Source of the DNA: an uncultured Planctomycetota bacterium
GTDB taxonomy: Bacteria > Planctomycetota > Planctomycetia > Isosphaerales > Isosphaeraceae
Reading direction: 5' to 3'
Length of the DNA: 64,000 bases
Assembly: GCA_963823665.1 (NCBI GenBank)
Contig: CAWGMQ010000003.1
Span: 192,001 to 256,000 of the forward strand
Every line of letters starts with the position of its first letter. Position 1 is the stretch's first letter. Shown here piece after piece: positions 61,020 to 64,000 of this stretch. A model generated the notes under the pieces. That model was not told the origin of the DNA, did no database searches, and saw only the letters and a list, made by a program, of their open reading frames with translations. The position numbers were made by a program, and so were the translations under genes.

Positions 61020-62747
61020 TCATTCCAACCCACCCGCGGCCCCCTTGGTCGCCGGCTTGGCACTAGCTGGCTTTTGGGTCGCGCGCTTCGCATCCGCCTT
61101 CGGTTCGGCCTTTTTGGAGGCGGGCTCGGGCTTCTCGTCGTCGGCGCCGTCGTCGCCTTTGAGCGTTGAATCCATCTTTTCCTGGTCGTCGTCAGCCGTG
61201 CGATAGAGAGGGAGATAACGGTAGTACACCTCGAGGGTCAGTATCGACATCGCGGTCAGATACAGCCGGCCCGCTCGCTCGGCCCAGATGTCCGGTACGG
61301 GTGAGAACGGGTCCCAGCTTCCCTTGGCGCAGGTATCATCTTTGACCTGGAGCCCGATCAGCCCCTCGCGGATCTTCGGGTTCCAGCGCTCCCACTGCTC
61401 ATTCCTCATGTTGTGCAAGAGCTGCGTGGCGTAATACCAGTAATAGATGTTCCGGTTGCCGCCCTCCTGAAGGTTCTGCGAGACCTGCCCCACCCCCTTG
61501 ACGAGCGCAGGAAAGTCACGTGGCCAGCCGAGGAGCTGCCGGCTCACCAGTGCTTCCGCGGTCATGACCGGGGAGGCGCCTCGGCCGGGCTGATAAGAGT
61601 AGATCACGCGCTTCTGGTCCCCCGCCTGGTCGAGGTAGCGGTTGGCGGCCTTCAATACCTTCTTCGGGATCTTGATGCCCGCCATGTTCCCGCTTCGAAG
61701 CGCAAAGATCTGCCAGCCGAAGACCGACGTGTCACCTGCCTGCCCCGGCGAATACCGCCAGCCACCGCCGACGGGATCCTGGGAGTTGACGATGAACTGC
61801 AACGCCCGCTGGGCCGGCTTCTGTAGCTTGGGATCACCCGAGAGCCCCAGGCCTTCGCAAATCGCCATCGCCGCAATGGCGTGACTGTACATATATGCGT
61901 TTCCGGGCGGCCCGAAGAACAGGTCTCCGTCGGGCTGCTGATGGTCGATCAGCCACTCCAGGCCACGCCGTACGGCTTCCTGGTGCTTGCTCTTCACCGT
62001 ATGAATGTAACCCGCGCCCAGGAGGGGCAAGAGAGCGAGCCCGGTCGCGGCCGTATCCGATTCCGTGGCCATCTGAGCGGGGCAAGGCGTACCCTGGCAA
62101 TGGTCCTGAAAATTCAGGCTCCAGGATCCGTCCTCGCGCTGATGGCGGACCAGCCAGTCGAGGCCGTCCTCGACCGACTGTTCCGATTTGGCAGTGCCCC
62201 CCTCGCGTCGCACCAGCTTGGCACGGGTCATACCCGATCGGCCCGAAAACGGGGCGGTAATCGTCGCCGCCAGATTGGGCAGCCGCGCCATGCCGGCGAT
62301 CGACGGCCTGTCGAGCTTCTGCGTGCCGGATAGCGGCGCAGGCCCGGCAAGCGTCGGCGCGTAATGGGTGAGCGATGCCAGGTGGGGCTGGCCGACCATT
62401 TGCAGCCCGCTGTGCTCCGGCTCCAGACCGATCGAGGGCGGGTTCAGGCTTTGTTCATCGGTGAAGGGATCACCCGATCGTTTCGCCGGCACAAGAGAGG
62501 TCACGTCACCGATATCGGTATCTATGATCGAGCTATCAAACGCTGCATCGGGACGCGATGCCGGGCGATATCGGACGATCAAGGCCAGAATGAGCAGCAA
62601 GAGGGCGTGCAGCAGAAAACTGACGCCCCAGGAAGGGACGCTGCGCAGCGTCGTCTGATCGTATTCTCCATTCCAGCGTCGAAACCATTCCCGCTTCGCC
62701 GCGGTCAACCAGGTGACAACCCGCCTCGTCCCAAACATAGGGCGCAT
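61020..62747 (-). CDS. Prenyltransferase/squalene-cyclase-repeat protein
   Basis: GLDWL.RHQ..DGSW, GGWRY, YYWYYATQ, LEVYYRYLPLY; N-terminal TM helix. Confidence 0.85.
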   Translation of the reverse strand: MRPMFGTRRVVTWLTAAKREWFRRWNGEYDQTTLRSVPSWGVSFLLHALLLLILALIVRYRPASRPDAAFDSSIIDTDIGDVTSLVPAKRSGDPFTDEQSLNPPSIGLEPEHSGLQMVGQPHLASLTHYAPTLAGPAPLSGTQKLDRPSIAGMARLPNLAATITAPFSGRSGMTRAKLVRREGGTAKSEQSVEDGLDWLVRHQREDGSWSLNFQDHCQGTPCPAQMATESDTAATGLALLPLLGAGYIHTVKSKHQEAVRRGLEWLIDHQQPDGDLFFGPPGNAYMYSHAIAAMAICEGLGLSGDPKLQKPAQRALQFIVNSQDPVGGGWRYSPGQAGDTSVFGWQIFALRSGNMAGIKIPKKVLKAANRYLDQAGDQKRVIYSYQPGRGASPVMTAEALVSRQLLGWPRDFPALVKGVGQVSQNLQEGGNRNIYYWYYATQLLHNMRNEQWERWNPKIREGLIGLQVKDDTCAKGSWDPFSPVPDIWAERAGRLYLTAMSILTLEVYYRYLPLYRTADDDQEKMDSTLKGDDGADDEKPEPASKKAEPKADAKRATQKPASAKPATKGAAGGLE

Positions 62748-62877
62748 CCTCTTGGTCAGGTCGTTGCGATCGCAGATTCTGATGAGAGACTTGGCACTCC
62801 GAATTCCTTCCATTATAAGAGTCGCATTCGCGCCCGCCAGTACGCCGGTGACGCCGGGCGATTATTTTTGAGACAGT

Positions 62878-64000
62878 TCAAGCTCCCTCGACCTCAACCG
62901 GAGCCCAATCCAGGCCGTTTAGCTGCTCGATCACGCGGGACGCGTCGGCGATCACGACGGCGACAAGCGCGTCGGGCACGATGTGCCGCCTGACTGCTTC
63001 AGAAAGCGACTCGAGTTCGATGGCGGCGAGTCGCTCGGCGAACCGCGAATCGTGATCCACCGGGAGATCGTGAATCACCAATCCGGCGAACCGGTTCACG
63101 ACCGCGCCGGGCGTGTCGAACTGGCGGGGATGACCCTCGATCAGCGACCGCCGGGCATCGTCAAGCTCCTCCGCACTGGGCGGCCGGCCCCCGGAAATGG
63201 CCTGGAGCTCAACCCGGATCTGGGCGAGCGCCTCGCCAACCTTTTCGGTCTGGACAGACGTGCTCACGCTGAACGGGCCGGGCCCTCTGCGGCAGTCGAA
63301 CGAGCTACGCACTCCGTATGTCAAGCCGCGCTCTTCGCGCAGACTCTCGTTGAGCCGCGACGTGAACTGGCCGCCCAGAATCTGGTTGGCGACGAGGATG
63401 TGGTCAAAATCCTCGCTGGAGCGCGCAATCCCGACATAACCGGCCCGCACGACCGCCTGCGCTGCCCCGGGCCGGTCGAGCAACAGCAGTCGTGCTCGCC
63501 CCGACCGCTCGATCTCGGGCGGGTCGCAGACCCTTGCGATCGTTCCCGCCCAGGGTGTGAGCCTGCGCTCGATCTCCAGGGCCAGCTCGTCGGGATCGAC
63601 GTCTCCCGCGACGATGACAGTCGGCCGCGCCGAAATCAAAACCCTGGCGTGAAAATCCGCCAGAGCTTTTCGATCGAGCTCGGCGACCGAGGCTTCCGTG
63701 CCTGCCAGCGGAAACCGATACGGGTGCTCTTCCGGATAGATGGCCCCCAGCAGCGCCCGCAGGGCGCGCGATTCCGCGTGGTCGCGCTCGGCTTTGAGCG
63801 CCGCAAGCGCCTGGCCGCGCACCCGCAGCCACTCCGCCTCGGGAAATGTCGGGTGCTGAAGGATGTCAGCCGCCAGATCCAGGCTCGCGCGAAAGTCGGT
63901 CTTCAAACATTTGAACGACACGTACGCACCCGCCCAGCCGCACGTGGCGTCGATTGTCGCGCCCATCGACTCGGCCTCGAGCGCGATTTGCTCGGCTGTT
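62878..64000 (-). CDS. M16 (insulinase-family) peptidase, C-terminal part
   Basis: HPY...GT..SV, NQILGGQFTSRL..SLREERGLTYG; runs off the window edge. Confidence 0.85.
   Translation of the reverse strand, partial: TAEQIALEAESMGATIDATCGWAGAYVSFKCLKTDFRASLDLAADILQHPTFPEAEWLRVRGQALAALKAERDHAESRALRALLGAIYPEEHPYRFPLAGTEASVAELDRKALADFHARVLISARPTVIVAGDVDPDELALEIERRLTPWAGTIARVCDPPEIERSGRARLLLLDRPGAAQAVVRAGYVGIARSSEDFDHILVANQILGGQFTSRLNESLREERGLTYGVRSSFDCRRGPGPFSVSTSVQTEKVGEALAQIRVELQAISGGRPPSAEELDDARRSLIEGHPRQFDTPGAVVNRFAGLVIHDLPVDHDSRFAERLAAIELESLSEAVRRHIVPDALVAVVIADASRVIEQLNGLDWAPVEVEGA

Noticed and set aside
62831..62869. Intrinsic terminator
   Set aside because: Weak stem with a large loop, and the T-tract is on the strand opposite the flanking genes

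Overview
GC-rich bacterial DNA, most likely a planctomycete (Isosphaeraceae-like). This is inferred from LE[DG][RK]-x-L leader proteins, DUF4058, ECF sigma/zinc-finger kinase pairs and squalene-cyclase-repeat proteins. The first 14.5 kb is a scrambled accessory zone. It holds two tandem group II introns (one RT-encoding, one ORF-less) inserted into iterated 33-nt hairpin units, and two families of ~140-170 bp elements with CAGACACCCA/TGGGTGTCTG inverted ends. It also has RAYT and IS110 remnants, toxin-antitoxin genes and gene fragments that break at the same motif. The best candidate for an undescribed system is the co-oriented minus-strand cluster at 14.8-24.5 kb. In order it encodes a large acidic protein with cationic amphipathic helices, an HEXXH metallopeptidase, a small protein, an unknown helical protein, a ~1100-aa OmpA-like/lysozyme-like/PG-binding protein and an NlpC/P60-like hydrolase. 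The two large proteins share acidic [DES]-[TS]-P-F leader motifs, and none of the six has a visible signal peptide. The rest (25-64 kb) is mostly signalling and housekeeping: ECF/kinase pairs (one with a CxxCH heme sensor), dcuC, a PLP dehydratase, thrS, an S53 peptidase, mobA, a histidine kinase, oxidoreductases, a PP2C and an M16 peptidase. About a dozen genes, including thrS, carry apparent indel frameshifts, which suggests unpolished sequence; splits and fusions are read as probable errors. All family assignments come from motif recognition by eye, not database searches.
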